Shown here piece by piece: positions 9,108 through 19,997 of a stretch of 64,000 nucleotides of DNA. The translations under genes were made by a program, and so were the position numbers. Origin of the DNA: Candidatus Cloacimonadota bacterium (GTDB taxonomy: Bacteria; Cloacimonadota; Cloacimonadia; G963667145); assembly GCA_963676615.1 (NCBI GenBank), contig OY781092.1, positions 448,001-512,000 on the forward strand, given 5' to 3'. Under the pieces are notes generated by a model, which had not been told where the DNA came from, searched no databases, and saw only the letters and a list, made by a program, of their open reading frames with translations. The number at the start of each line of letters is the position of its first letter. Positions within the stretch are counted from its first letter, which is position 1.

Positions 9108-10967
9108 ATGAAGTTAAAAAAGTTAGTTGCTATGTTGTTTGTTTTTGGATTATTTATGGGAGGTTGTTCTGATAAAAGCTCAAGTCCAACAGATTCAAAG
9201 AAAAAAGATCCTCCTCCGACAACAACAGAGGAAGTGGAGAGGAATTCTAAAATATCAGGAAAAGTGGCAGATGGGTACATAAAGAATGCTACGGTATTTT
9301 TAGATTTAGATGGCGACAAAGTTTACGATGAGGGCGAGCCGATGACTACCACTGATACTTTAGGCGGGTATGAACTTAAGGTAAGCGATGATGAGATTGG
9401 GTCGTATGCTATTGTAGTTTTGGTGACAGATAAAAGTAGAGATTTGGACGATACAACAAGGGCAATCAAGCCATATACAATGACAGCTCCTCCTCCTAGT
9501 GTTAGTAGTGAGAATATTTTTGTTTCACCTATTACCACAATGATACAAAATAAAATGGAGAAAAATAAAGAGTTGTCTAGAGAAGAGGCAGAGCTGCAAA
9601 CAAGAAGTGAAATCGGCGCAGAAGTTAGTCTCTTCGAAGATTATGTTGAAAATGGTGGAGCTGTTGATTACAAAGCTGTCCATCGTGTAGCACAATTAGT
9701 AGCAAGGACGATGGAAAAAATTACAGATATTTTGGGGGATAAAGTTGATGATAACCAAAAAAGTGCGTTAACTTCACTTGTGGTTACTCTTGTTGCGGAT
9801 GTTATAGACGAAATCAAACTTAAAGCAATAGATGACGCCAATTTTGATACAGAATCTGGTTTAATAAAAAGCGATGTTCTAGAAAGTGTTGATGGGGACG
9901 ATAATGTCGTGAGTGTTGATGTGGTAAATAATATTGAAGGTGTGCTTGAAAGGGAAAATTTGGCGATAAATAAGGAGACCAAATCTTTTAAAGATATTGT
10001 AGATAATGGTGGTTCATACTCTTTCTATTTGGAAAGTGAGAATAATGAAAAATATCTTAGAGTCGCTTTGCATACTGTTGATGGAGATGGAAATTTTGTA
10101 GAAGCTAAATCTGATTACAAAAATAGTAGTTGGAGCGATTTTGAAAATAGAGAATTTAGTGAAGCTCATTACATTGATGGGGAAATAAAAAAAATAACAC
10201 CTACAGCAAGTTTTACAAGTGACGGTTCTTTGGAATTGAAATATGGAGATGATTATTTATTCACTGTTTCAAGCCAAGAAGTGGATTTGAGCGGCAAAAA
10301 AATCAGGAATTATATTGAATCGGGGCTGGAACTCACAGACGAAGACGCTACTTTTGAAAGTGGAGCTAAAGGGCATTCCCTTATTTTTAGCGAAAAGGCT
10401 TTGGAAAGCTATAGTAGTTTTGACCTTGATGGGGATTATGTAAGAGAGGGAGAGATAGTAAAATGGGATAACGAAAGTTTTAGTTCTTTAGAATCTTTTT
10501 TAAACAAGTTTGTTGCGGAAGATGCGGACAATTTTGATGAAAATAAGCCTTGGTTTAAAATTGGTAAACTGACTGATGGCGAAGACTATAGAGATTATAT
10601 TGTTGCTCAGGTAAAAAATAAAGAAGAAAAAACTCTTTATATAGCCAGAAGAATTGGTTGGGGTGGTTATAGTGATGGGGGTGAAAGATTTATTCCTATT
10701 AAGGAACAAACAGCTACTTATAAAATTGAGAATAATAAGTTTATTTCTTTTAATATTCCTGATTTTAAAGGTGTAATGGATCATAAATGTTGTTACTTTG
10801 AGTCTGATTTGACTGAAGGTGGAAAAACGGTTGTTGTTCAAGGGCGTAGTTATGAAGCTGGACAAACATATTATCAAAAACAAAGCGATGGAGATCAAAC
10901 AGATTTTAATAAAACCGCTATAGATAATATAAAAGCTGCAATCGATTACGATGAAACTTTAAAATAG
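9108..10967 (+). CDS. Large acidic surface lipoprotein, function unknown
   Basis: Signal peptide II with lipobox FMGG-C, S/P/T-rich tether, GKVADGYIKNATVFLDLDGD...GEP repeat-type domain; AT-rich relative to neighbours; AAGGAG RBS. Confidence 0.8.
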   Translation: MKLKKLVAMLFVFGLFMGGCSDKSSSPTDSKKKDPPPTTTEEVERNSKISGKVADGYIKNATVFLDLDGDKVYDEGEPMTTTDTLGGYELKVSDDEIGSYAIVVLVTDKSRDLDDTTRAIKPYTMTAPPPSVSSENIFVSPITTMIQNKMEKNKELSREEAELQTRSEIGAEVSLFEDYVENGGAVDYKAVHRVAQLVARTMEKITDILGDKVDDNQKSALTSLVVTLVADVIDEIKLKAIDDANFDTESGLIKSDVLESVDGDDNVVSVDVVNNIEGVLERENLAINKETKSFKDIVDNGGSYSFYLESENNEKYLRVALHTVDGDGNFVEAKSDYKNSSWSDFENREFSEAHYIDGEIKKITPTASFTSDGSLELKYGDDYLFTVSSQEVDLSGKKIRNYIESGLELTDEDATFESGAKGHSLIFSEKALESYSSFDLDGDYVREGEIVKWDNESFSSLESFLNKFVAEDADNFDENKPWFKIGKLTDGEDYRDYIVAQVKNKEEKTLYIARRIGWGGYSDGGERFIPIKEQTATYKIENNKFISFNIPDFKGVMDHKCCYFESDLTEGGKTVVVQGRSYEAGQTYYQKQSDGDQTDFNKTAIDNIKAAIDYDETLK

Positions 10968-10984
10968 GTTTGATTAAAACTATT

Positions 10985-11015
10985 GCAGGGAAGCTTTTGC
11001 TTTCCTGCTTTTTTT
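10985..11015 (+). terminator. Rho-independent terminator after the lipoprotein gene
   Basis: GCAGGGAAGC-tttt-GCTTTCCTGC followed by a T run. Confidence 0.85.
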
Positions 11016-11084
11016 ATTTGTATATATTTAAGTTATTTATACATAATTTCTGCTCTACGCTAGGTTAAAACTTGAACTTTTTCA

Positions 11085-11280
11085 TTGACGCACAAACGCA
11101 AGAAAATACAAACGATTCACAATTGAGAAGTGGCTAAAAGTTTGAGGCTTAATCCTAACCTTCAATTGCTTAGATAGGAAATCACAGATTGAAGGTAGGT
11201 GTTTTTTTTGTCCCAAAAAATTTTGAAAATTTGATGTTGACACAAAACGCCTCAATCAGAAAAGTGCTTTTACAATTGAA
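11085..11280 (+). promoter_or_regulatory. Putative tandem rRNA promoters (P1/P2)
   Basis: TTGACG at 11085 and TTGACA at 11237, each followed by a similar AAACGC segment and later CAATTGA; -10 boxes not clearly recognisable. Confidence 0.45.
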
Positions 11281-11349
11281 ACAGATACTTGAAAGAAAAT
11301 TTTATAGAAGTGTAGAGTAAACCAAAACAGTCAATCAAACAAATTTATT

Positions 11350-12916
<1,567 letters not shown>

Positions 12917-12975
12917 TAAAGGAAAAAAACAATCGATTGGTTGTGGAAGTTTACTCTACCTATTTTTATTCTAAT

Positions 12976-13052
<77 letters not shown>

Positions 13053-13080
13053 TTTTTTAATATCAGAATTGATATTAAAA

Positions 13081-13122
13081 AATGAATTGATAAGTGATAG
13101 TTAACAATTGATAATTGTGAAT
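13081..13122 (+). repeat. Degenerate heptamer array (consensus TAATTGA), left flank of the ITS insert
   Basis: aattga taagtga tagttaa caattga taattgt. Confidence 0.65.
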
Positions 13123-13145
13123 GCAATCACTTGGAGCTTGGAAAG

Positions 13146-13274
13146 ATGAGAAAAAATATTGTTTATGAAAAAGCTTTTTTGTTTGCCCAAAAAATAGTTA
13201 AAACTTGTAAGAAGCTGAATGTAAATACAAAAAAAACGAGCGTTAGCTCCTTAATTATCAACTATCAATTATAA
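13146..13274 (+). pseudogene. Truncated four-helix-bundle (23S rRNA IVP-like) gene remnant, 42 aa
   Basis: Manual translation MRKNIVYEKAFLFAQKIVKTCKKL... resembles the N-terminal helix of four-helix-bundle proteins; far shorter than the roughly 120-aa family length. Confidence 0.6.
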
Positions 13275-13285
13275 ATTATTAATTG
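13251..13285 (-). repeat. Degenerate heptamer array (TCAATTA on + strand), inverted relative to 13081-13122
   Basis: ttaatta tcaacta tcaatta taaatta ttaattg. Confidence 0.7.
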
Positions 13286-13307
13286 CAAATTGCTTTGCAA
13301 TTTACCT

Positions 13308-13383
13308 GGGGGATTAGCTCAGCTGGTAGAGCGTCTGCTTTGCAAGCAGGATGTCAACGGTTCGAATCCGTTATCCTCCACCA
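13308..13383 (+). tRNA. tRNA-Ala (TGC)
   Basis: GGGGGAT...ATCCTCC-A-CCA with G3:U70 identity pair, anticodon loop TTTGCAA, GGTTCGAATCC T-arm. Confidence 0.97.
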
Positions 13384-13744
13384 TTTATTTTAGAAAAAAA
13401 GCCGATTTTTACGGCGAAAAATTTTAGATCTTTTGAATAGAAATTTTATAGAAGTGGTGAGATTATTAAAGAGAATCAAAACTTAAGTAGAAAGGGCATA
13501 CGGTGAATGCCTTGGCGCAAAGATGGCGATGAAGGACGTGGTTTGCTGCGATAAGTCTCGGATAGCTGTAAGCAAGCTGTGACCCGGGAATTTCCGAATG
13601 GGGCAACCCAATCAGGGTTATACCTGATTATTGAGTAGTAATACTTGAAGCTAACGCGGTGAATTGAAACATCTAAGTAACCGCAGGAAGAGAAAATAAT
13701 AATGATTTCCCAAGTAGTGGCGAGCGAACGGGAATTAGCCCAAA

Positions 13745-14051
13745 CCTGACACCTATTAAACCTAAATTGGAAGGTGATTATGTATTATGTTTATTTGTTG
13801 CAAAACAAGTCAAAGACTAAAACTTATTTGGGGTTTAGTCAAGATTTGAAAAAAAGATTGAAAGAGCATAATTCTGGTAGAAGCTTATATACTGAAGGCG
13901 ATGAGTGGAATTTGGTATATTACGAAGCTTTTTTGTCCGAGCTGGACGCCAGGAGACGCGAAGCGAAGTTGAAGCAAAACAGAAATGCAAAAAATTGCTT
14001 GTTTAAGAGAGTAGAAAACTCTCTTGAGATGTAGGTTTAATAGGTGTCAGG
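13745..14051 (+). mobile_element. Protein-coding intervening sequence (IVS) in 23S rRNA bounded by a perfect 20-bp inverted repeat
   Basis: CCTGACACCTATTAAACCTA (13745-13764) is the exact reverse complement of TAGGTTTAATAGGTGTCAGG (14032-14051); conserved 23S sequence resumes on both sides. Confidence 0.92.
13780..14034 (+). CDS. Small stand-alone GIY-YIG nuclease encoded inside the 23S IVS
   Basis: MYYVYLLQ...[17 protein letters not shown]...[34 protein letters not shown] stop is the first 3 nt of the right inverted-repeat arm. Confidence 0.9.
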   Translation: MYYVYLLQNKSKTKTYLGFSQDLKKRLKEHNSGRSLYTEGDEWNLVYYEAFLSELDARRREAKLKQNRNAKNCLFKRVENSLEM

Positions 14052-14236
14052 GGTAGCGGGACTGTGATATCGGACTGATAGAGGATAGTCGAACCTGGTT
14101 GGAAAGCCAGAGCGAAGAAGGTGAAACTCCTGTAGACGAAATTCTGTATCTGCCGTAGCAGTATCCCAAGTAGGGCGGGGCACGAGAAACCCTGTCTGAA
14201 TCTGCCGGGACCATCCGGTAAGGCTAAATACACTTT

Positions 14237-14284
<48 letters not shown>

Positions 14285-15128
14285 GAAAGGGGAGTGAAAT
14301 AGTATCTGAAACCGTATGTTTATAATCAGTCAAAGTGGTCTTTATGGCTACGATGGCGTGCCTTTTGTATAATGAGCTAGCGAGTTAATTTTGTCAGCCA
14401 GGTTAAGTCATATAGTGATGGAGCCGAAGCGAAAGCGAGTGTGAATAGCGCGTTTAGTTGGCAGGATTAGACCCGAAACTTGGTGATCTACCCATGGCCA
14501 GGTTGAAGTTGGGGTAAAACCCAATGGAGGACCGAACCAACTGATGTTGAAAAATCAGTGGATGAGCTGTGGGTAGGGGTGAAAGGCCAATCAAACCAAG
14601 CGATATCTGGTTCTCTCCGAAAACTGTTTAGGCAGTGCCTCTTATTAGAATTACGGGGGTAGAGCACTAATTAGGCTAGGGGGCCTACCAGCTTACCGAA
14701 CCTTAATAAACTCCGAATACCGTAATTTGATGTAAGGGAGACAGTCTGTGGGGGATAAGCTCCATGGGCGAGAGGGAAAGATCCCAGACCGACGATTAAG
14801 GTCCCTAAATTTATGCTTAGTGAGAAAGGATGTTTTATTGCACAGACAGCCAGGATGTTAGCTTAGAAGCAGCTATCATTTAAAGAGTGCGTAATAGCTC
14901 ACTGGTTAAGTGGTAATGCACCGAAGATGATCGGGACTAAAAAGCATAATACCGAAATCGCGGATTGACCATTTTATTATAGTTGATGGTAGGAGAGCAT
15001 TGTAGTCGGCGCTGAAGGTGTCTTGTGAGAGACGCTGGAGCGGCTACAAGAGAGAATGCTAGCATGAGTAGCGATAATGCGGATGAGAAGTCCGCACACC
15101 GAAAACCCAAGGTTTCCTGAGTAAAGAA

Positions 15129-15162
<34 letters not shown>

Positions 15163-15471
15163 TCTGGTTACCAGGGTAGCTGATGGGAATCTGGTTAATA
15201 TTCCAGAACCTGTTATGTCCAGTGATGGAGTGACGCGGCGTTGCAGTGGAGACATCGGCTGAAAGAGATGTTGAATGTGTGTAGGAAGTTCGGTAGGCAA
15301 ATCCGCCGAGCAACATTCCGAGGCACAGGACAAGAGCCCAAGGCTCGCAAAGTCCACCTAGAGCGCCGCCAAGAAACAGCTTCTAAGCGTTAAAGGCATA
15401 ACAGACCGTACCCCAAACCGACTCAGGTGGGTGAGGAGAGTATCCTAAGGTGTTCGAGAGAATTCTGGTTA

Positions 15472-15505
<34 letters not shown>

Positions 15506-15693
15506 GAAGGGGTGCCAGGGGAAGTGATTACCCTTGCGGTATGAGCAAGCCCCTGGCCGCAGTGAAAAGATTCAAGCGACTGTTTATCAAAAACACAGGT
15601 CTATGCAAACTTGTAAAAGAAAGTATATAGACTGACACCTGCCCGGTGCTGGAAGGTTAAGTGAGAGGGTGAGAGCTCTTGAGTGAAGCCCCA

Positions 15694-15781
<88 letters not shown>

Positions 15782-16032
15782 GAATACTGTCTCAACCAGG
15801 ATCTCGGTGAAATTGTAGTGGCGGTGAAGATGCCGCCTACCCGCGAACGGACGGAAAGACCCCGTGAACCTTTACTATAGCTTGACATTGTGATTTGATG
15901 AGGTATGTGTAGGATAGGTGGGAGATTTTGAAGCGTGGACGCTAGTCTGCGTGGAGTCATCCTTGAAATACCACCCTTATGTTGTTGAATCACTAACGCT
16001 AGTAGTTACCCTGCTAGCAGACAGTGTCTGGT

Positions 16033-16064
<32 letters not shown>

Positions 16065-16223
16065 AAGTAACGGAGGCTTACAAAGGTTCCCTCAGATTGG
16101 TTGGCAATCAATCGAAGAGCATAAAGGTATAAGGGAGCTTAACTGCGAGACTGACGGGTCGAGCAGATGCGAAAGCAGGTCTTAGTGATCCGGCGGCTCT
16201 GTATGGAAGGGCCGTTGCTCAAA

Positions 16224-16256
<33 letters not shown>

Positions 16257-16312
16257 ACCGCCTAAGAGTTCATATCGACGGCGGTGTTTGGCACCTCGAT
16301 GTCGGCTCAACT

Positions 16313-16343
<31 letters not shown>

Positions 16344-16366
16344 TGGCTGTTCGCCAATTAAAGAGT

Positions 16367-16413
<47 letters not shown>

Positions 16414-16530
16414 TTCGTGGGAGCAGGAAATTTGAGAGGATTTGCATCTAGTACGAGAGGACCGGTGTGAACAAACCTCTGGTGTATCGGTTGTGGCGTC
16501 AGCTGCATCGCCGAGTAGCTAAGTTTGGAA

Positions 16531-16572
<42 letters not shown>

Positions 16573-16730
16573 AATAGATTTCCCTTATGAGAACCGCGGG
16601 AGACTACCGCGTTGATAGGTCACAGGTGTAAGCGTAGTAATGCGCTCAGCCGAGTGATACTAATTGTTCCATTGGCTTATTTTTTTTCTTTTTAATATCT
16701 CACCAACTTTTATCATAACAATTTTGTTAA

Positions 16731-16880
16731 TTTGTTGAATTAGCTAAAGTTAGATTTTGTTAAAGTGCTTATTTTTTTGGGAAACAAGCCCCGAAGCTGT
16801 GTTTATGACACTGCAAGAGGGTGAAGTTTTCAAAAAAAGAAGTGTTAAAATGAAGCTTAAAACTTTAGCAGTTTAACAAA
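16731..16880. repeat. Long imperfect palindrome in the 23S-5S spacer with a 33-nt core shared with 17085-17117
   Basis: ttgttgaattagctaaagtt pairs with aactttagcagtttaacaa; gcttatttttttgggaaac pairs with gttttcaaaaaaagaagt; core CCCCGAAGCTGTGT-ttatg-ACACTGCAAGAGGG at 16789-16821. Confidence 0.65.
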
Positions 16881-16895
16881 ACTTAAAGCTCTTTG

Positions 16896-17013
16896 TTATG
16901 GTGGCTATAGCGACAAGGCAACACCTGTTCCCATTCCGAACACAGCAGTTAAGCTTGTCTGCGCCGATGGTACTGCACGGGCAACTGTGTGGGAGAGTAG
17001 GACGCCGCCATAA
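16896..17013 (+). rRNA. rrf: 5S ribosomal RNA
   Basis: TGGTGGCTATAGCG...CACCTGTTCCCATTCCGAACACAGCAGTTAAGC...GCCGATGGTACTG...GAGAGTAGGACGCCGCCA. Confidence 0.97.
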
Positions 17014-17062
17014 CAGAGAGTTTTTTTATGTTCAAAAAGTTTTTAAAGCAATAGATTAGAGA

Positions 17063-17125
17063 TGCCCAAATTTTTCATAATTTTCCCACTCGCAGTGTGC
17101 ATCACACAGCTTCGGGGTAAATTAC
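17063..17125. repeat. Left part of a palindromic element interrupted by IS256 (remainder at 18450-18463)
   Basis: With the IS removed: TGCCCAAATTT...TAATTTTCCC-core-GGGGTAAATTAC-CGC-AAATTTGAGCA forms a hairpin. Confidence 0.65.
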
Positions 17126-18441
17126 GGCACCGTCCAAAAAAGTGTGTCTAATCTCCAATTTGGTTTCCATTTTCTTAACTTTCTGGGAACAAAATTTTGT
17201 CAAATTTAAATTGATAAATCGGATAATTCAGATATTTATCGACCTTGTCCATCGCGACCTTGCTCAGCAGCAGTAGCACAGACTCATCGCTGGGCATCGA
17301 GTTCCTGATTTTCAAAACTTTCCGAAACTGTTTATTCAAATTTTCGATCCAATTTGTGGTGTAAATCAGCCGCTGAATTCTGTGGTCAAACTCCAAAAAA
17401 GTGAAATAATAAACGACATCGTCTCTGTTTAATAAGTTCTTGGTAAATCGATACTTATCTCCCCATTTTTTCGCAAAATTATCCAAATTTTTCAAAGCAA
17501 TTTCTTTCGTATAGCGTTCTTGTCCGACGCAAAAAATTTCCTTCAAATCGTCGCTAATTTCGCTTTTATCACTATTCCTGACCTTAGCTAACAGACTTCT
17601 TTTAAAGTGAGTTACACACTTTTGAAATTTCGCATTTTTAAAAACTTTGCTCACAACATTTTCCAGCCCAGCAAGACCGTCAGCCACGACCAATTTTGTC
17701 GTTTGCAAGCCTCGCGATTTTAGGCGATTAAACAAGAATTCCCAGCCAGCAGCGCTCTCGGTCGGGATATTTTCGAGCGCCAAAATGTCCCGACTTTTGT
17801 CCTCTCGGACGCCGATAACCACGCAAAACGCCTCAGTTTCAACACTGTCGAGCCGCCTCAATTTGGAATGTATGGCGTCAATCATAATAATCGGATAGTT
17901 TTTTTCTAGCGGCCTATTTCGCCAATTTGTCAACAATTCTTTGAATTCTTGGCTGATATTGCTGATGGTCGATTTTTTGTAATTCGTGCCAAAAACATTT
18001 GCGAAAACATTCTCTATGTCTCTGGTAGACAAGCCTTTAGCATACAGCTGAAACGCCAATTCTCGTACTTCTTGCTCCTGCTTTTTCAAAATTTCCAAGA
18101 TAAATGGATAAAATTGACCGAATCTGTCGCGCGGAATTTTGAATTGAATTTTGCCGCTGAGAGATGAAAAACACCTGCTGCGATAGCCGTTGCCTTTGTT
18201 GTTTGAGCTTTTGTTTTCCGCCATAAAAGCCTGTCTTTCCAGCTTCATAAGGCTGTTAAAAACGAACTCGATCAATTTATTCGCGCCATAATCATTGACA
18301 TTTTCGTCTAAAATTTTTTGTAGTTGACTTGCGTTAAATCGCATAAGAATCTCCTTTTTTGTTCTTTTTTTTATAAAAATTGGAGATTCTTTTTTTGTGT
18401 CTAGTTTTTTTTGCTGCAGACACACTTTTTTGGACAGTGCC
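17126..18441 (-). mobile_element. IS256-family insertion sequence, apparently complete (1316 bp)
   Basis: 24-bp terminal inverted repeats GGCAC(C/T)GTCCAAAAAAGTGTGTCT with one mismatch; 8-bp target duplication TAAATTAC at 17118-17125 and 18442-18449. Confidence 0.95.
17175..18344 (-). CDS. IS256-family (Mutator-type DDE) transposase
   Basis: NGYRSR, IPRDR.G.F.P, LYAKGLSTRDI, IDA, ADGLAG, QKCVTHFKR, IYTTNWIENLNKQFRK; ATG at 18344 after AAGGAG. Confidence 0.95.
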   Translation of the reverse strand: MRFNASQLQKILDENVNDYGANKLIEFVFNSLMKLERQAFMAENKSSNNKGNGYRSRCFSSLSGKIQFKIPRDRFGQFYPFILEILKKQEQEVRELAFQLYAKGLSTRDIENVFANVFGTNYKKSTISNISQEFKELLTNWRNRPLEKNYPIIMIDAIHSKLRRLDSVETEAFCVVIGVREDKSRDILALENIPTESAAGWEFLFNRLKSRGLQTTKLVVADGLAGLENVVSKVFKNAKFQKCVTHFKRSLLAKVRNSDKSEISDDLKEIFCVGQERYTKEIALKNLDNFAKKWGDKYRFTKNLLNRDDVVYYFTFLEFDHRIQRLIYTTNWIENLNKQFRKVLKIRNSMPSDESVLLLLSKVAMDKVDKYLNYPIYQFKFDKILFPES

Positions 18442-18559
18442 TAAATTACCGCAAATTTGAGCACTTTTTGAGGCATAAACCCATTTTCAAAACCTTTTTT
18501 TACTTTAAACTCTTAATCTCACTATTTTAAAGTTTTTAGTTAGCCATTCGCACAAGTGG

Positions 18560-18931
18560 GTGGCTTTTTTATTTGACAATAACTTGAATTATTCAGCATC
18601 TACTCTTAATCAATATGTCAACGCATTTAAATTTCTTTTGGAGAAAGTATTAGACAAAGATAGGGATTATTATAATTTGACGAGACGAAAAAATAAAAAT
18701 TTTACTATTCATTTTTTTGCTACGCATTTTTTAGAGTATGGAGTTGATTTGAGATACATTCAAGAGTTGTTAGGTCATAGTATTTCGAAGACAATCGAAA
18801 TTTATGCCCATGTTAGTAACTTGAATTTTTCTAAAATTGTTTCTCCCATTGATAATATTTATAGTGGAGATATAAACAATGTAGATAGCATGCAAAATAG
18901 GAAGGATATAAACAATGATGATAGCAAGTAG
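18560..18931 (+). pseudogene. Internally deleted tyrosine recombinase (integron-integrase-like) remnant
   Basis: N-terminal [16 protein letters not shown] fused directly to C-terminal [31 protein letters not shown]...SPID; central catalytic region missing. Confidence 0.8.
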
Positions 18932-18940
18932 TTGTACACA
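18869..18940 (+). promoter_or_regulatory. Putative attI-like recombination site: two 22-bp direct repeats followed by core GTTGTACACA
   Basis: GATATAAACAATG(TA/AT)GATAGCA at 18869-18890 and 18905-18926; GTT core at 18931. Confidence 0.55.
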
Positions 18941-19004
18941 ATGGGGACAAATGATTCTGTTAAAATAAGGCATGGAAAATATAAACATGATTAATTCAAG
19001 ATGA

Positions 19005-19718
19005 ATAGAGAAAGAAACAAAAGGAGGAAAGACATCTGGCAAAGACAATCCAGAAGTAAGTGCTGTTTCTGCAACATCAAAAGAAGATGATAAATCTATT
19101 TCATCATTTGACATTTTTGAAAAATGTGTTGTAAGAGCTGAAAATCTTATTTCTGTTCATGACTCTACTGAAAAGGTTGAAGAAATATCAGAAGAACATT
19201 ATTGTGATTGTTATAGAGCAGCAGTTGTTTTAACTATCTCGGCTTTAGATGCATTTGTAAGAAAAGCTGTTATTTCAGAAATTAGAAAAGTGCTATCTGA
19301 TACGAAAAAACCTATAAATACAGATTTGAAAGAATATCTTAAAAAATTACTTAATCAGGATGAATTGTTAGATGCTGCCAGGAATTATAATTTACTTGAG
19401 AAAGTAGAACAAGCAGTAAAAGAAGATTTCGAAAAAAAATCATTTCAGGGAGAATGGAAAATTACATTCTACTTAAAAATGGTTGGTTATGATAATATTT
19501 TCTCAGCAGTAGCGGTAAAAGCGGATATAAATGAAAGTAACCTCAAAAGGAAACTTAATGTTTTTACTAATCGAAGACATATTATCGCTCATAGTGGTGA
19601 CTATGACTTAAATCAAACTCCGCATAAAGAGAATGATATTAATAAAAAATATGCAAAAGAGTGTATTGACATAGTAAAATTGTTCGCATCAAAAATTCAC
19701 GAAATAATTGAGAAATAA
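19005..19718 (+). CDS. HEPN-domain putative RNase in an integron cassette; start unresolved
   Basis: Frame open from 19005 (longer than the track ORF 19290..19718); contains YRAAVVLTISALDAFV helix and RRHIIAH (RxxxxH) motif; in-frame TGA at 19002-19004 separates it from ATGs at 18972/18987. Confidence 0.7.
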   Translation: MEKETKGGKTSGKDNPEVSAVSATSKEDDKSISSFDIFEKCVVRAENLISVHDSTEKVEEISEEHYCDCYRAAVVLTISALDAFVRKAVISEIRKVLSDTKKPINTDLKEYLKKLLNQDELLDAARNYNLLEKVEQAVKEDFEKKSFQGEWKITFYLKMVGYDNIFSAVAVKADINESNLKRKLNVFTNRRHIIAHSGDYDLNQTPHKENDINKKYAKECIDIVKLFASKIHEIIEK

Positions 19719-19993
19719 TGAGACAAACATATATAATATCATACGACTTAAATAGTGCAGGACAAAACTATGAAGATGTCCTAAGAATAATTAAAGAGCA
19801 TTGGGGTTGGGCAAGATTAGGTGGTTCAGCATATATTGTCATTACAGAGAAGAGTGCTGTTGAGATAAGGGATAATTTAATGGCTGTAATGGATTCTAAT
19901 GACCAATTGTTTGTAGGAGTTATCAAAGCCCCTGCTGCTTGGTTTGGTTTAGGAGATGAAGTTTCAGACTGGTTAAAAAAGAACTTAGATTAA
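19718..19993 (+). CDS. Small Cas2/VapD-like ferredoxin-fold protein
   Basis: TYIISYDL N-terminal strand with conserved Asp, NY..V...IK...W.....S.YIV, IRD.L...MD.ND.LFV pattern; TAATG overlap with the upstream gene. Confidence 0.65.
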   Translation: MRQTYIISYDLNSAGQNYEDVLRIIKEHWGWARLGGSAYIVITEKSAVEIRDNLMAVMDSNDQLFVGVIKAPAAWFGLGDEVSDWLKKNLD

Positions 19994-19997
19994 CCAC

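Noticed and set aside
13745..14051. Group I or II self-splicing intron in 23S
   Set aside because: The insert is almost entirely stem, RBS and ORF; no sequence is left for a ribozyme core and no intron boundary motifs were seen.
19002..19004. Selenocysteine or alternative-code read-through of the in-frame TGA
   Set aside because: TGA is a normal stop in several genes here (moaC, priA, lpxC-fabZ), no clear SECIS-like hairpin follows, and the position is not a plausible catalytic site.
19718..19993. CRISPR-Cas locus suggested by the Cas2-like gene
   Set aside because: No repeat-spacer array, cas1 or effector genes were seen anywhere in the window.
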